In this document: piece by piece, positions 27,295 to 36,432 of the stretch
Position numbering within the stretch: position 1 is the first letter of the stretch
How the letters are laid out: every line of letters begins with the position of its first letter
IMG/VR virus record: IMGVR_UViG_3300046170_000502
Location: 64,001-128,000 of that record
DNA from: a virus
Strand: one strand, 5' to 3'
Length of the DNA: 64,000 bases
Translations under genes and position numbers: made by a program
Notes under the pieces: model-generated
Seen by the model: only the letters and a program-made list of their open reading frames with translations
Told to the model about the DNA's origin: nothing
The model's database searches: none

Positions 27295-28390
27295 TAGTTA
27301 ATTTTTTAAAATCCTCATAAAGGAAGCTAGACAGCTCTTCATTATCTTCCAGGAAATCTATAACTCTTTGCTCTCCTTGAAACTTTTCATTTATCTCTAG
27401 ACCTTTTTCTTTTAATTCTTTTATTAAATCTTCTGAAACAGATATCCATGCTCCCTTTTTTTGTATTAAGTTGAATAAATAAAGCATGTCTATAATTTCC
27501 CTGGCCCTCCAGATGGATTTACCACATTTTTGTCCGTACTTTATTGGGTACCTCACAGTTGAGCCAGTTCTTTCGTTAACGCTTTTTCTGAATTTTATCT
27601 TACAATAATGCCCTATAGGCTCACCTTTGGCTTCTAGAGTGGTGGCAGTAGGATTTTTAAACATCATATCAGAAGTGTATCTTTCTTGAAACTCAAGAAT
27701 GAAGTTTGCGTAATGCTTTACGGCATTACCTCCAGCTTCCTTTGTTTTTGGCCCACCTCTTGAGGCGTAAGGGTTTGTTGCCACTTCAACTCTAACTTGG
27801 CTTGTTAGTATCATTGTGTGACCCATTTTTGTTATCGGTAAGACCATTTTCTTTAAAAAAACAGAAGTTATTAGCGCTCCCCCTGCAACTTGCTCGGATT
27901 CCGCAAAAGGTTTGTCTATATCACCAATTCGACATAAAGCATCGACGCTATCGATGATAAACATGTATTTCTTGTCGTCTTCATTATTGAACACAAGTTC
28001 CCTGATCAGCTCAAAAACTTTTTCAAAGATATTACAATCGAAGACGAAGAATTTTTCAGGGTTAGTGTCAATTCCGGACCTCTCTATCATTTCTGGACTA
28101 AATCTTCCTTCGCTTTTAATGTAGATTATCATTCCGTTTTTATGAAAATGTTTTTGAAAGTTTCTTGCGAAGGCCATTGCACAACTCGTCTTTCCTCCTT
28201 CGTTTATGCCCGTAAACCTATGGGCGCCACTGGGTAGACCTCCTCCTAGCGCTATGTCTAAATTTAGGCTCCCGCTAGAGATTTTATAATCTTCGCTATC
28301 ATGAAAATTGTAATGATATTTTTTATTATCTTTATCCTCGAGGAATTTTGTAATCTGATCTGTTGTTTTTATTTCTTTTATTTTAGTCAT
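27284..28390 (-). CDS. recA: RecA/UvsX-like recombinase
   Basis: SGSLNLDIALGGG, GINEGGKTS P-loop, EGR, IDSVDAL and GGNAVKH. Confidence 0.9.
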   Translation of the reverse strand: MTKIKEIKTTDQITKFLEDKDNKKYHYNFHDSEDYKISSGSLNLDIALGGGLPSGAHRFTGINEGGKTSCAMAFARNFQKHFHKNGMIIYIKSEGRFSPEMIERSGIDTNPEKFFVFDCNIFEKVFELIRELVFNNEDDKKYMFIIDSVDALCRIGDIDKPFAESEQVAGGALITSVFLKKMVLPITKMGHTMILTSQVRVEVATNPYASRGGPKTKEAGGNAVKHYANFILEFQERYTSDMMFKNPTATTLEAKGEPIGHYCKIKFRKSVNERTGSTVRYPIKYGQKCGKSIWRAREIIDMLYLFNLIQKKGAWISVSEDLIKELKEKGLEINEKFQGEQRVIDFLEDNEELSSFLYEDFKKLTNAL

Positions 28391-28715
28391 CTATAAATTG
28401 TCGTATTGTTTTTGCCTTTTTCGATAAGATCTTATCTCTACCGGTTTTTTCCTTCAGAATAATTTCTTGTTTTTCGGGTATTTTGTAATTGAATTCTCTA
28501 TACTTTCTTCTAAGAATAAACAAACCTTTTTCGGATCTTATAACCGCTAAAGATGGAACTTTGCGTATTCTAACTTTCTCCCAGAAGCCTAAATTAGGAA
28601 AAATTTCAATAAGAGAATTTAAAAGCTTCATTTCTCGAGCCCAGAAAAATCTTTTTTCTTTTTTTGGCTCAACTACTAATCTTTTAATTAAGTTTTTCTT
28701 ATTTATTTTCTTCAC
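28383..28715 (-). CDS. Hypothetical basic protein (GTG start)
   Basis: 110-aa ORF directly behind a consensus promoter. Confidence 0.65.
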   Translation of the reverse strand: MKKINKKNLIKRLVVEPKKEKRFFWAREMKLLNSLIEIFPNLGFWEKVRIRKVPSLAVIRSEKGLFILRRKYREFNYKIPEKQEIILKEKTGRDKILSKKAKTIRQFIDD

Positions 28716-28721
28716 CCAGAT

Positions 28722-28750
28722 ATTTTAGGGTAAAACAGGAGCAAAGTCAA
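28722..28750 (-). promoter_or_regulatory. Sigma70-type promoter, leaderless, for the recA unit
   Basis: TTGACT-17 nt-TAAAAT, 6 nt before the GTG at 28715. Confidence 0.8.
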
Positions 28751-30717
28751 GCAATAAATTTGTAATCCGGTGCAAATGTTCTATATTTAGAGTTATCCAT
28801 CCTTTGATCGATAATTTTTTTTATTTTTAAAATGTAGGTGTTTTGCATCGCTTCGGGGTTTAAGTCTGAGTGGTTTGACTCAAGTTCTCCGCTTATCTTT
28901 GCAAACAGATCAATCTGTTCTCGGGTATAGTCTTCTAGCTTTGTATACTGGTGAAAGCCTTTAGTTTTGCAAGGTATTTTTAATATAAATGTATTTGATC
29001 CAGTTTTTTCTATTTTTATTAGAAATATTTTTTTATTTTTTAATTCTATATTTTCTTCCAGTAGTTGATTCTTTTGGTCTATGAGTTGGGATATTTTATT
29101 TTTAAGGGCTGGATTCGGATCAGGTTCTTGGCGGTTTTTTAACCTTTTGTTTTCAGACTCTATTTCTGAGATCTGGTCTTTTATAGATCTAAACCTGTTT
29201 GTGTTCGCTAGCATTTCAGACTTTATTGACTCTATTATATTTTTGCTTTTTTCATGTTTTTGGAAAACTTCTTTTATTTCACCAGCGCTCTTAATCGCTT
29301 CTTCCGCCCTATTTAGAATGTTTAGTTTTTCAGCTTTAATATATTCTATATCTTTTTTGATATTAAGCTTTTGATCTTCGAGGGACTTGATTTCTGATAA
29401 AATTTCAGAAGTATCTTCTTTTTCTAAAATTTCTTTTTCAGATTTTAACTTCAATTTTCTTAATACCTCTTTATTTTCTGATATCTTTTCTTTGTATTTT
29501 TTGATTTGATCTTCTTGCAGTTCTATTATCTCATTCTCTTGTTTGATATCTTTTTTTCTCTCCTCAATATCAGACTCTTCTTGGTTTAGTATTTTTTTTG
29601 TTATTTCTAATTCCGACTGTTTCTTGATGGCTTCTTTTTCACTGATGGTAAATTTTGGAAATCGCCTTGATAAACTAATGTGCGCAGCCAAAACTAAAAG
29701 AATTGCAAGTGGGTCAAAAACAAAAATTAATATTATTATTACTATTCTAACAGCTTTTCCTACGTCGAATTGCATTCCTGTGAAATCAGATATGAGCTCG
29801 GCCACATATTTTATTGGACCAACTTCCGCTTCAAGCTGCCTTGCTCCGTCGTTATGATTAAACTTTTCTTGTTCTAGTTCGTCGATTTCATCTAAGGTCT
29901 TACTTATGTTTTCGTTATAAACTTGAACTTTCGACTCAGAATCTCCAGGCCTCTCAAATCCTATAGATTGATATTCTTGCACCCTTTCTCTTATTTTTGA
30001 TATAAGGTCTGAGGTCTCTTCTCTGTGTTTCGATATTCTTAAGTCTGCCGCATTAATTTTAGATGTCAAGCTTTCTCTTTCAAGTTTTTGTTCTAGAATT
30101 TTTGCTTCTAAATCTTTTTTCTTGCTTGAGAATAGTCCGCCTGATTTATTTTTTATCTTATCTAAATCTTCATTTAATTGAGATAGTCTATTATTTAGCG
30201 ATGCGATAATTTTGTTGTCAATCTCTATATCTTTTTCTAATTGAGATGAAAGTTGTTCTATTTTTTCTTGCTCAATCTTTATGTTTTCTGCGGTTTTGTC
30301 TCCTAGATTTTCGGAGCTCGCCTCTTTTTTTTGAATTAATTCTTTTTGCCTTTTTATATATTCGTTTTTTCTTTCTATTTTATTTTCAATTTGAGCAACT
30401 AGCGCTTTTGATTTTTCCGCGGTTTGCTCATGTTCAATATGAGATTTTGATAAAAATCCAAAAATACCCATGCTTGTTATGCCCATTAGTACTAATATTG
30501 CTGAGAATAAATAGAATTTAATTAATCTTGGGGCAGATTTCCAGTTCCTGTGGAGCCATATCGAGGCTATTATTTTACCCACTTCTAGCACAGAGCCCAT
30601 AGCTATTACTGCGTACATAGAACCCGGGAATATTGTGGCAAGTCCGATTATGCTAAAATAGGCGGCTATTAATGAAATACTTAAAGCCGAAATCAATGTT
30701 GTTATTGCAAAAATCAT
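28747..30717 (-). CDS. Membrane-anchored long coiled-coil protein
   Basis: Three N-terminal TM helices, a coiled coil, EVGPIKYVA followed by a TM segment (FVFDPLAILLVLAA), then a second coiled coil. Confidence 0.7.
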   Translation of the reverse strand: MIFAITTLISALSISLIAAYFSIIGLATIFPGSMYAVIAMGSVLEVGKIIASIWLHRNWKSAPRLIKFYLFSAILVLMGITSMGIFGFLSKSHIEHEQTAEKSKALVAQIENKIERKNEYIKRQKELIQKKEASSENLGDKTAENIKIEQEKIEQLSSQLEKDIEIDNKIIASLNNRLSQLNEDLDKIKNKSGGLFSSKKKDLEAKILEQKLERESLTSKINAADLRISKHREETSDLISKIRERVQEYQSIGFERPGDSESKVQVYNENISKTLDEIDELEQEKFNHNDGARQLEAEVGPIKYVAELISDFTGMQFDVGKAVRIVIIILIFVFDPLAILLVLAAHISLSRRFPKFTISEKEAIKKQSELEITKKILNQEESDIEERKKDIKQENEIIELQEDQIKKYKEKISENKEVLRKLKLKSEKEILEKEDTSEILSEIKSLEDQKLNIKKDIEYIKAEKLNILNRAEEAIKSAGEIKEVFQKHEKSKNIIESIKSEMLANTNRFRSIKDQISEIESENKRLKNRQEPDPNPALKNKISQLIDQKNQLLEENIELKNKKIFLIKIEKTGSNTFILKIPCKTKGFHQYTKLEDYTREQIDLFAKISGELESNHSDLNPEAMQNTYILKIKKIIDQRMDNSKYRTFAPDYKFIA

Positions 30718-30768
30718 ATTTAAAGGTGTTGAATGTTAATTTTAGGTATTAATTTAAGATTACACCTA

Positions 30769-30945
30769 TTAGTCAAAATATTCTGATAATTTTACAGTTA
30801 TAGTTTGTCCATTCTGTAGGCTTATTACAGCAAATACAGCTCCATCGTGCGCCCCCCCAATTTCTTCGTATTGGTTTAGTATTTCCCCAATCATTTCGCC
30901 GTGATTTGTGTGAACTATACATATTTTTTTCTTTTCATCTGACAT
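30769..30945 (-). CDS. Small hypothetical protein
   Basis: Start reassigned to MSDEKK (30945), 9 nt after a GTGTA motif. Confidence 0.55.
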   Translation of the reverse strand: MSDEKKKICIVHTNHGEMIGEILNQYEEIGGAHDGAVFAVISLQNGQTITVKLSEYFD

Positions 30946-30954
30946 ACAAAAGTA

Positions 30955-30959
30955 TACAC
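30955..30959 (-). promoter_or_regulatory. GTGTA putative late-promoter motif
   Basis: 9 nt before the ATG at 30945. Confidence 0.55.
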
Positions 30960-30988
30960 TACTCAGTTTTTCCAAAAAGCCCAAAGTT

Positions 30989-31023
30989 GACTTTAGACTT
31001 TTATTAGACTTTACTTTGACTTT
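30989..31023. repeat. Four GACTTT direct repeats between divergent promoters
   Basis: GACTTT at 30989, 30996, 31007 and 31018. Confidence 0.7.
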
Positions 31024-31024
31024 T

Positions 31025-31029
31025 GTGTA
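31025..31029 (+). promoter_or_regulatory. GTGTA putative late-promoter motif upstream of the portal gene
   Basis: 9 nt before the ATG at 31039. Confidence 0.65.
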
Positions 31030-31038
31030 CCATAATAG

Positions 31039-33027
31039 ATGAGTAAAAGAAAATACGTAAAACGCTCGAACTATTGGGATAAGTTTAATAAAGCCAATTC
31101 AAAAGATATTAGCGATTTTATAAAATCACAAGAAGTTGCTCCCAGTTCTCATGGAGAGCCTTACTACGCTGAGTCTAAGGCTAGTTATAATAGAAGTTCT
31201 TCTAAGTCAGAAGAATTTGTGTCTAGGAGGAATTCTACTCATAAAGCTGATAAGAAATTTAGGTTTTCTCACATATCCGGAGGTATGCTTCCATATAATT
31301 ATGGATCGGATGGAGTTAATGTTAGGGATTCTATAGAGTTGTGCCAAAAGGCTTATGCGAATATATCTGTATTTAGGAATGCTATTGACGTGATGTCAGA
31401 GTTTGCTAATTCTAATATTTATCTAGAAGGTGGGACTCAAAAGTCTAGAGATTTTATATACAAGTGGTTTGATAAAATTAAATTATGGAATTTGAAAGAC
31501 CAATACTTTAGGGAATATTACAGAAGTGGAAATATATTTTTATACAGAGTTGATGGAAAATTCTCGCAAACAGATTTTGATAGGCTTACGAAAGTATACG
31601 GCTCAAGTTTAGCTTTAAAGTCGGGTAACTTACCATTGAGATATATTTTGCTAAATCCTTATGATGTTGTAGCTAGCAAAGGCTCCTCTTTTGAGACTAG
31701 TCTTTATGAGAAAATTCTTTCAGAATATGATATAGAGAGATTAAGAAACCCAAAAACAGATTATGATATACAGGTATTTGAGTCTTTAGATGACCAAACT
31801 AAAGAAAAAATCAAAACAGGAAAATTTAACTCCGATGGAATAAGGATTAAACTTGACCCAGGCTTATTGGTATACTCATTTTACAAGAAGCAAGATTATG
31901 AACCTTTTGCGATTCCGTTCGGCTACCCCGTTCTGGATGACATTAATTTCAAGCTTGAATTGAAGCAGATCGATCAAGCTATATGCAGGACAATAGAGAA
32001 CGTCATATTATTAATAACAATGGGCGCGGAACCAGATAAGGGCGGAATTAACCCTAGGAATATGGAGGCAATGCAGAGTTTATTTAAAAACGAAAGTGTT
32101 GGTAGGGTCTTAGTTAGCGACTACACCACCAAAGCTTCTTTTGTAATTCCCGATATCAGCAAGGTTGTTGGCCCGAGTAAATACGAGGTTATTAATAACG
32201 ATATAAAGGAGGGTTTACAGAATGTTATAGTTGGCGATGAAAGGTATAGCAATACGCAAGTTAAGGCTAAAATTTTCCTAGAAAGACTAGAGGAATCTCG
32301 AAACGCTTTTATTTACGATTTCCTTCAACCTCAAGTTAAGATGGTTTGCCAGAATTTAGGATTCAGGAAGTACCCAAAAGTTAAATTTGAACAGACTGAT
32401 ATAAAGGACGAGGTTCAACTACAGAGAGTTGCTACCAGACTTATGGAGTTAGGTATACTGACCCCAGGACAAGGTATGGATGTTCTAGAAAAAGGTCATT
32501 ATCCTAAGCCCGAAGAAATGAAGCAAGCTCAAGAGGATTATATCAATGAGAGGAAGTCTGGTATGTATAACCCCATTGTTGGTGGCGTTCCAATGGTTTC
32601 CAGCGAAGAAGTTCGGGGTGGCGAAGAGGGGAGCGAGATTAAAAAAGAAGTGGGTAGACCAACAGGTTCTTCAGGTATACCTCAAGAGTCAAATAGTTCT
32701 GAGTTAAATTTATTTTCTAGAGAGAATTTACAGAATATTATTTACTCAACAGAGTCTTTAAGGCAGAGTGGTTATTCAGAGATGAGGAATAAATTGAAGA
32801 AAAAAAGGCTTAAAAGGGCAGAGAAGAATATGATAGATGAGTTGTGTCAGTCGGTTATTATATCCGAGCCCAGGGAGGATTGGGAAGAAAAGCTTTTTGC
32901 GTGCATAAGAGATCCAGATCATATAGAGTCACTTAACTCAAAAAGCGAGATTAGGGAGTTGTCTGCTCAGCATGAGTTAGATTTGTACTCAGCAGCGCTT
33001 TTGTATTATAGTAAGAAGGGGGATTAA
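31039..33027 (+). CDS. Probable portal protein
   Basis: 662 aa; 'CQKAYANISVFRNAIDVMSEF', 'REYYRSGNIFLY', 'PFGYPVLDDI' and the helical organisation are typical of large-phage portals. It heads the structural unit. Confidence 0.6.
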   Translation: MSKRKYVKRSNYWDKFNKANSKDISDFIKSQEVAPSSHGEPYYAESKASYNRSSSKSEEFVSRRNSTHKADKKFRFSHISGGMLPYNYGSDGVNVRDSIELCQKAYANISVFRNAIDVMSEFANSNIYLEGGTQKSRDFIYKWFDKIKLWNLKDQYFREYYRSGNIFLYRVDGKFSQTDFDRLTKVYGSSLALKSGNLPLRYILLNPYDVVASKGSSFETSLYEKILSEYDIERLRNPKTDYDIQVFESLDDQTKEKIKTGKFNSDGIRIKLDPGLLVYSFYKKQDYEPFAIPFGYPVLDDINFKLELKQIDQAICRTIENVILLITMGAEPDKGGINPRNMEAMQSLFKNESVGRVLVSDYTTKASFVIPDISKVVGPSKYEVINNDIKEGLQNVIVGDERYSNTQVKAKIFLERLEESRNAFIYDFLQPQVKMVCQNLGFRKYPKVKFEQTDIKDEVQLQRVATRLMELGILTPGQGMDVLEKGHYPKPEEMKQAQEDYINERKSGMYNPIVGGVPMVSSEEVRGGEEGSEIKKEVGRPTGSSGIPQESNSSELNLFSRENLQNIIYSTESLRQSGYSEMRNKLKKKRLKRAEKNMIDELCQSVIISEPREDWEEKLFACIRDPDHIESLNSKSEIRELSAQHELDLYSAALLYYSKKGD

Positions 33028-33030
33028 GGG

Positions 33031-33510
33031 GTGGGAGCTTTCGAAACTTTCGTAAATGCTAATTTAGGCATCAGGAAGCCTTTAATTAGTGACTCCGGAC
33101 CACCTTCTGGTAGCGCTAAGGCGGCAGGGGTTGTAGGTTCTCATTATATAGACATAGATACTAATGATATATATGAAAAGACAGGAGAGAATAATACTCA
33201 AGACTGGGCTAAAGTTAGGAAGTTAGGACAAAGTTTAAACGATGCCATACAGGCCCAGAGAACTTTCTCAACTTCGTTAATCATACCAACTGGAGTAGAC
33301 ACTTTATCTTATGATTATTCTAATATAGGCGACTCTTCCAGTTATTCGAGTCCGCCGCAGGTAATGGTTGGCATGAGAGTGAACGAAGAGTCAGACTTCT
33401 TTTATATTCATTCCACATTTAATGTATCCTCAACTGGTTTTAATGTGGCATTTTCTGATAAAATTTTAGAAACAGGTAACTATTTAGATATTTCCATTCA
33501 TAAAGATTAA
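33031..33510 (+). CDS. Hypothetical virion protein with a fibre-associated beta-module
   Basis: GTG start; the C-terminal IPTGVDT...STGFNVAFSD module resembles modules in the fibre genes. Confidence 0.55.
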   Translation: MGAFETFVNANLGIRKPLISDSGPPSGSAKAAGVVGSHYIDIDTNDIYEKTGENNTQDWAKVRKLGQSLNDAIQAQRTFSTSLIIPTGVDTLSYDYSNIGDSSSYSSPPQVMVGMRVNEESDFFYIHSTFNVSSTGFNVAFSDKILETGNYLDISIHKD

Positions 33511-33515
33511 TATTT

Positions 33516-33520
33516 GTGTA
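33516..33520 (+). promoter_or_regulatory. GTGTA putative late-promoter motif
   Basis: 11 nt before the ATG at 33532. Confidence 0.55.
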
Positions 33521-33531
33521 AAGTAGCTTAT

Positions 33532-34608
33532 ATGAATATTGTCTTAACCGCTTCATTTAAGAATGGGATTTTTTGCAATGGACTGCAACAGAATATCGTA
33601 TTCTTAGCTGAATTACTAAAAAAACTCGGGCATAACCCAATGATTTGCGTAGATCATGGTATTGATGAATGTATTGACCCCCCTTCAGGTATACTTATAC
33701 TTGAGAAAATGGAAATCTTGGAATACTCTAATGATCTAGATTTCATTCTTCAATGCGGGTGGAGCTTAGATAGCGAGATTATTGATTACATAAAAAGCAG
33801 AAAGCCTGCATGTAGGAATGTTCACGTTTTGTACGGAAACTCTTTACTAGCGGACGTAGAAAGGTGCTCCTGGGATACTCATGTAGCAATCGCTCCATAT
33901 CTAGTTGACCAGGTTTGGATCTCCCCTCATTATGGGTTTTCTTTTAATTATTTTAAGGCGTATTATAAAACAGAAAATGTTTTTGAATTGCCGTATATAT
34001 GGTCTCCTAAATATTTAAATATACACGAGAAGGCTTGGAACAATCAAGGCTTTTCGTGCTTTTATGAGCCGGGCAGCGAGAAGAATATAGCAATTCTTGA
34101 GCCCAATTTAAATATAACCAAGCACTGCCTTCCTTCGATCATGATTGCGGATAAAACTTTTAGAGATTTTGGTGATTGCATTGATATGGTTAGCGTTTAC
34201 TGTTCTACTAAATTAATGAATAAAAAATATTTCAAAACATTAATGTGGAATCTTGATATAACGAAGGCTGGCAAAATAGAGTTCGCACAAAGGTCTAAAA
34301 TTAGTAAAATTTTCGCAAGAGATTGCAATGTTGTTGTTTCGCATCAATTGTTGAACGCCTTAAATTATACATATTTAGAATCTTTGTATTTAGGTATACC
34401 TTTGGTTCATAATTCAGAATTTATAAAAGATGCTGGATATTATTATTCAGATTATGATATAAATGGTGGCTCTAAGGCATTGCATAATGCATTAAGTAAT
34501 CACGATTATAACTTAGAGGAGTATAGAACTAAATCAGAGAAAATTTTAACTAAGTATTCTCCCGAAAACTTATCCGTAATAGATAGGTACAAAAAGCTTT
34601 TATCGTGA
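33532..34608 (+). CDS. DUF2827-family protein (putative GT-B glycosyltransferase), paralog 1
   Basis: NGLQQNIVFL, PYIWSP, EPNLNITKHCLP and NALNYTYLESLYLGIPLVHNS. Confidence 0.7.
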   Translation: MNIVLTASFKNGIFCNGLQQNIVFLAELLKKLGHNPMICVDHGIDECIDPPSGILILEKMEILEYSNDLDFILQCGWSLDSEIIDYIKSRKPACRNVHVLYGNSLLADVERCSWDTHVAIAPYLVDQVWISPHYGFSFNYFKAYYKTENVFELPYIWSPKYLNIHEKAWNNQGFSCFYEPGSEKNIAILEPNLNITKHCLPSIMIADKTFRDFGDCIDMVSVYCSTKLMNKKYFKTLMWNLDITKAGKIEFAQRSKISKIFARDCNVVVSHQLLNALNYTYLESLYLGIPLVHNSEFIKDAGYYYSDYDINGGSKALHNALSNHDYNLEEYRTKSEKILTKYSPENLSVIDRYKKLLS

Positions 34609-35705
34609 AAATAGGTATAACTTTAGATATGTCCATATCTTTCTGGGCAAATGGGATGCAGCAAAATATTGTTTTTCTCTATAGTGTGTTAGAGAGGGCT
34701 GGATTCTCCTGTTTTTACATAACCAATAAGCAACCTTCTTCTGCGCTAAATAAGAGGCATAAAGGGTTATTGCTTGATGATGTGATGAGGGATGATAGCG
34801 AAAGTTTTGATGTTCTACTTATCGCTGGATTTAATTTGCTTCCAGATATGTATGAGCGGTTGAAATCTAGGAATTCTGGTATGAAAATTATATTTGTGCA
34901 TTTTGGGAATAAACTGATGGATGATATCCATTACGCAATATCTTTCCCCGAGACAAGAAAGGAACCTATAGCAAAAACAAAATATATCGATGCTGTATGG
35001 GTATACCCTCATCACAATTTTTCTAAAAGCTATTTATCTTCTTACTACGAAATAGACAATATCGTTGAGGTCCCTTATATATGGGATTCATTCTTTTTGG
35101 AGGATAAGGTTAAGGTGATAAAATCGAAGGGATTTAATCCATTTTTTCAAAAAAAAGACCAATACTCAGCTTGCGTTTTCGAGCCAAATATATCTCACAT
35201 TAAGAATTGCATAATTCCCATTAATATATGCGAGACTTTTGATAAACTCTTTCCCGGTGAACTTAAATCTGTGAATATATTTTCGTGCGAGCATTTAAGG
35301 AAGAGGCCCTTTTTTAATAAATTAATGAAGAATATGAGGATTGTAAATAAGGATAATTTTTGTTTTTTTAATAATAAATGGGGATTCGCTGATGCTGTTA
35401 GTAAGTTTGGAGAAATAATAATAACACATCAATCTTATAGCGAGTTGAATTATTTATATTTCGAATCATTATATTTAGGTTTACCGCTAGTTCACAATTC
35501 TTCTATGATACAAGAGTATGGATATTATTATCCTGAATTTGAGGTTGATTTTGGGGCAAAACAGTTAAAGGTTATTTTAGAAAGTCACGAAAAATGCATA
35601 GATAAATATAAAGAAGATTCCAAGAAGCTTTTCAAGGAATATAGTCCGTACAATCAATTAATTATAGATAAATATAGATTTTCAATTAATGACTTATTTA
35701 AATAA
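34605..35705 (+). CDS. DUF2827-family protein, paralog 2
   Basis: FWANGMQQNIVFL, PYIWDS, FEPNISHIKN and ELNYLYFESLYLGLPLVHNS; GTGA overlap with paralog 1. Confidence 0.7.
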   Translation: MKIGITLDMSISFWANGMQQNIVFLYSVLERAGFSCFYITNKQPSSALNKRHKGLLLDDVMRDDSESFDVLLIAGFNLLPDMYERLKSRNSGMKIIFVHFGNKLMDDIHYAISFPETRKEPIAKTKYIDAVWVYPHHNFSKSYLSSYYEIDNIVEVPYIWDSFFLEDKVKVIKSKGFNPFFQKKDQYSACVFEPNISHIKNCIIPINICETFDKLFPGELKSVNIFSCEHLRKRPFFNKLMKNMRIVNKDNFCFFNNKWGFADAVSKFGEIIITHQSYSELNYLYFESLYLGLPLVHNSSMIQEYGYYYPEFEVDFGAKQLKVILESHEKCIDKYKEDSKKLFKEYSPYNQLIIDKYRFSINDLFK

Positions 35706-36423
35706 AATATCAAAGTGTTTTTATATAAATTTAAGACGAAGACCCGATAGGTTATCTCACATAAATCAATCTTTGACTTTTTTAGCCGAAAGGTTTAATG
35801 CTGTAGACTCAGAAGAGATTACGGTAACCGAGGAGGTTAGGGAGCTATTTCCAGAAACCTTTAAGAAAAGGAGTAAGGCTGAAATTTGCTGCGCAATAAG
35901 TCACTACAGGCTATGGAGGAAGTTGATTCAGGATAAAGATTCTAGAAATTACTTGATCATGGAGGATGATACTTGTTTTAAGGTGAAGGAATTTAATAAA
36001 ATATGGAATGAGGTTTTTTCGAAGAAAATGCCGCTTGATTATTCTTTGATTTTTCTAGGGGGTTGTCAACCTTGGAATGAGCCTCATTACAAGGAGGTGT
36101 TAAGGCCTTATAATTCTTTTTATAATAGGGTTAAGGAGAATGATTATTTTTCCAAAGGGGATAATTTTTGGCACATGAATGCAAATTCATACATCATAAG
36201 CAAGCAGGCTGCTAGTTTGTTGTGTCAATGGGTTGAGCAGAATGGTATGGACTGCGGTGTGGATCATTTTATGATTAAATTCTTTAATGGAAATAAAATT
36301 TTTAAAGCACCTCAATCGATATACCATTTAAATCCTCTTGTTACCTACCAGATTCACGAAGAGGGGGGCTGCACTGAGATCGATAGTAATTCTGATATTA
36401 GAAGTAGTCGAGTAACTTTTTAA
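35689..36423 (+). CDS. Glycosyltransferase family 25
   Basis: INLRRRPDR, EICCAISH, IMEDD and NSYIISKQAA. Confidence 0.85.
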   Translation: MTYLNKISKCFYINLRRRPDRLSHINQSLTFLAERFNAVDSEEITVTEEVRELFPETFKKRSKAEICCAISHYRLWRKLIQDKDSRNYLIMEDDTCFKVKEFNKIWNEVFSKKMPLDYSLIFLGGCQPWNEPHYKEVLRPYNSFYNRVKENDYFSKGDNFWHMNANSYIISKQAASLLCQWVEQNGMDCGVDHFMIKFFNGNKIFKAPQSIYHLNPLVTYQIHEEGGCTEIDSNSDIRSSRVTF

Positions 36424-36432
36424 TATTCAATA

